Source: the human T2T-CHM13v2.0 reference genome, Homo sapiens
DNA: 64,000 nt
NCBI RefSeq assembly: GCF_009914755.1
Contig: NC_060928.1
Direction: 5' to 3' (one strand)
Made by a program: the position numbers and the translations under genes. The first letter of the stretch is position 1. Every line of letters starts with the position of its first letter. Positions 60,894 to 64,000 of this stretch are shown here, piece by piece. The notes under the pieces are model-generated. The model ran no database searches and was not told the origin of the DNA. It saw nothing but the letters and a program-made list of their open reading frames with translations.

Positions 60894-60967
60894 TATATAT
60901 ACTATATATATGTGTGTGTGTGTGTGTCTTATTAATTCCATTTCTCTGGAGAACCTTGGCTAATCCA
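60340..60967 (+). mobile_element. MLT2 (B/C/D-like) ERVL solo LTR
   Basis: Starts 'tgtgatgtttaattttaggtgtca' and ends 'tttctctggagaaccttggctaatcca'. Confidence 0.92.
60762..60927. repeat. Compound STR (TCTA)n/(TA)n/(CA)n/(TG)n inside MLT2
   Basis: Read directly. Confidence 0.93.
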
Positions 60968-61022
60968 TAGTTTTATGGAACACTAAAATTGTGGGAATCA
61001 AGAGACGTTTATTCATTAAGAG

Positions 61023-61355
61023 TGCTATAGACTGAATATTTGTTACCCTCCCTTCCCCGAAAAATCGTATGTCAAAATCCTGACCTGTGGAGACTTCGGG
61101 AGTTGAAGTCCATGAATGGGATTAATGCCCTTATAAAAAGAGTAGAGAGCTTGCTTCCTCTCTCTCTTCTGTTCACCATGTGAGGACAAAATGAGAAGAC
61201 AAGATGGTTGTAAGCCAGCCATAAAGAGGGCTCTAATCAAGAAATGAATCTCCTGGCACCTTTATCTTAGACTTTCCAGCTCCCAAAATTGTAAGAAATT
61301 GTTGTTTAACTTACCCAGTCTATGATAATTTGTCATAGTAGGTGGAACTGAGACC
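61023..61355 (+). mobile_element. MLT1A-like solo LTR
   Basis: 'tgctatagactgaat...catgaatgggattaatgcccttataaaa...ccatgtgaggaca...cccagtctatg'. Confidence 0.88.
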
Positions 61356-64000
61356 AATAGTCTATGTAATCAATGATTTTCCTTTATAATTTGCATGTAT
61401 ATGTTAGATGAATTATTCAATTAATCTATATGTACATGTGCAGATTTTTTTAAAAATTGCTACATGAGATGATTAATCATAAAAGTAGCTTTCATATTCT
61501 ACGTGGTCTATTTAGTAACTAGATTTAAGTGTAATGGACTTTATCTTAAAAAATCAATATGCTATTTTAATATTATTCAGCCTATGCCATATATTAAACA
61601 GCATTGTGGCATATAAATTAAATTTTGATGATATCTTGCATCAGCTTTGAAGAAGTTTTTCTGTCTCTTTTAAGCCCTAGCTTTTTGCACCTTTTTTTGG
61701 TTATCTGAAATGTTCTGTTAATGCAATAGAATTTAAAAGGAACCAAATTTCACAAAAGCAATAGAGATTAGTAACAATGCTACTGAACATGAACATTAAA
61801 ACTTGCTTCTATCCAATTTGTCCTTTTATTTCTGTATTTTTGATTGGTGCATATCAAGAAAAAAATAGAATTGTACAGGCCACCTAAAATGATGAGGGCG
61901 TGAAAATCGAAAACTTGTAGTTTGATTAAAAGGAGAGGATTTAATTGTTATTCCAATGGTCCCTGACTCCATTTTCTTCATTAACTTCTATCAACTAATT
62001 ATTAACTATATATTTCTATTCTCCAGAGTTTTCCACATTGAAAATATTCATACAAGTTTGTGATTAGTATGTGGGAATCACAAACGTAGCTGATTAAATA
62101 AACTACAAGGAACAAAGTTAGAAGATGCATCAGGTTTTATACCTGCATGTGGTAAAAAATATTAGAAATCAAAAGACTTAGGACAGATTTTTCTCATGTT
62201 CTCTACCAAATTTGTCTTTCCAGAAAAGTCACCTTTTCCTGCAGTATTACAAAGAAAGAAACTAAACTAGTTCAGAAGGTAATATAGAAAAAAATTTCTA
62301 TTCCTATTATATTACTATAAATATATAATTATGACAATATTTTCATAAAATAAATTTATATAACACTTTAGAATCAAATAAGTGGTTTTAATAATAAGTG
62401 CTTTTAATCTTCTAAAATGGTTTAAAATAAGTGGTTTTAATCCTCATAAAATCTTTTGCTGTAATAAGATAGTCTTACTATGCTGACTTGATCTAGATTA
62501 CACTGCTAATAAATGCCAAATAGAGATAAATTCTTTTTTCATATCAACGTGCTGGTCATGAGTCTTTCACCTATTTTTCCAATTAGTTTGAAGCTTTTCA
62601 TCCTGGCACCTGAAGTTCTAATCATAGTACTCATGAACATGATCAAAATAAACTCTATGGAGTTGGTTATTCATATTTACTCCTGAGCTCTTGGTACAGA
62701 AATCTCCATGATTAGAAAAGTACTACTTAATTAGAAGTGTTGGTGGCATATCGCATTTCATATTGTATATAATAAGAATAAATAAAAGTTATTTAATCAG
62801 ATAATTGTAAAGTCTCAGGGTGTGATGGACATAAAGGTCATCTTATCCAATCATGCAGTAAGACTTAAGACATATATGCAAGTAAATCCAAGTTATATTA
62901 ACATACCTGCCCTTTATTTAAAAAATAGCATGCTTTTATTTGACAAGAAACTCTTTAACCTTTACCAGAAGAAGTAGATGGTTTTAGAAAAATATTTTTC
63001 ATAAATTGAATTAATATGGCATCTAGAAGAAAGATTAGTATTTAAAAGTAATATATAAAATGAAACATTTATCATTTATCTATTATATTTGTGAAACTGT
63101 TTGCCAGTTGGACTCTCATTATGTGAATGCAAAACGTATCTTTGCCTTTCCCCTGACATTTGCTCTCTGGTGAGGTATGTCACAGTAAGGTCTGAGCCTT
63201 CTGTGAAACTTAGACATGGCATCAATAGACTGGTGAAGTATGTAAAATATACTAAGTCTCTCTTATCCAGTTTGTTTCCATTTTATTTCCTGATAAGTAC
63301 ACTTCAAGTTCTGCAATTTTTTGAAACTTATTCTGCCTCTTGATCTAACTCATTCTTTCTTATCATCTTCCTTAAGACATTAAGCACCCCACCCTGTCTT
63401 AACTTTCAAAACTGGCACCTTCCTAAATTAAAAAACTAATCTGAAGCTTCCTGTTAAATGGAAGAAGATTAGTTACGCTTTTTTTTTCTTCCTAATTAAT
63501 TTATATACTTTTAAAGGTGAGCTTCTATCTTATTGGTAGTGTCCATTTTTTAAATTCAATTTTAGAAGCTCAGAAATTTAGCTGGGGATTGGATAATGCT
63601 CAGGTTTAGCACATCTATCTTGGCTTCTTCAAAACACATCACATAGGTAACTTCCCTTTCTGCCTTTGTTGTCATCATTCAAACATAGGTTTTATCAGAA
63701 CATATGGCTCTATGAAGTAAAGGAAAATTAGGCAAACTGTGAGAAAGAGAGATGTTTAAATTCTTCTTAATCCTACTTCCTTTTATACTTAGTCTTTTGC
63801 TTGATAAAATATTCAAAATAACATGTTCATCAAGTCTTTTTTTTTCAAGTTATTAATGTGGTATGAAACTTAAACTTTTAGATTCATTGTGGCATTCAAT
63901 AACTACTGGACATAATTTTGTAATTATTTTGAAAGCTTTCTTTGTAATACATCTTATCCATTTTAACCATCCTGTTAGAAGTTCTGAAAAGTATTAGGTT

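Noticed and set aside
60422-60970. Longest ORF in the track (182 aa)
   Set aside because: It lies within the MLT2 LTR and is extended by microsatellite codons (YIYIYI, CVCVCV).

Overview
AT-rich, CpG-poor catarrhine primate (human-like) genomic DNA, most consistent with intergenic or deep intronic sequence. I found no credible host protein-coding exon, RNA gene, CRISPR array or prokaryotic feature. The ORFs I could place in the track come from Alu, L1, LTR, Tigger1 or microsatellite sequence; the rest look like chance ORFs. The window is mostly a fossil record of transposable elements: a near full-length Tigger1 with nested Alu and L1 insertions, several L1 fragments (L1PA7-like to L1ME-like), nine Alus, MaLR LTRs (THE1, MST, MLT1), ERVL-type LTRs (MLT2, LTR16, LTR33), a HERV-K(HML-2) LTR5-type solo LTR, and many MIR and L2 relics. 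The less obvious observations are: (1) a decayed ERVL-class LTR-gag-protease relic at about 39.4-42.1 kb; (2) a roughly 2.1 kb composite block bounded by a perfect 12-bp direct repeat that interrupts an old L1M; (3) an L1PA7-like copy with an internal ORF2 deletion of about 1 kb; (4) a few weak candidate non-coding exons. I see no convincing new biological system. Subfamily names are from recalled consensus sequences, not a database search, and boundaries of old elements are approximate.
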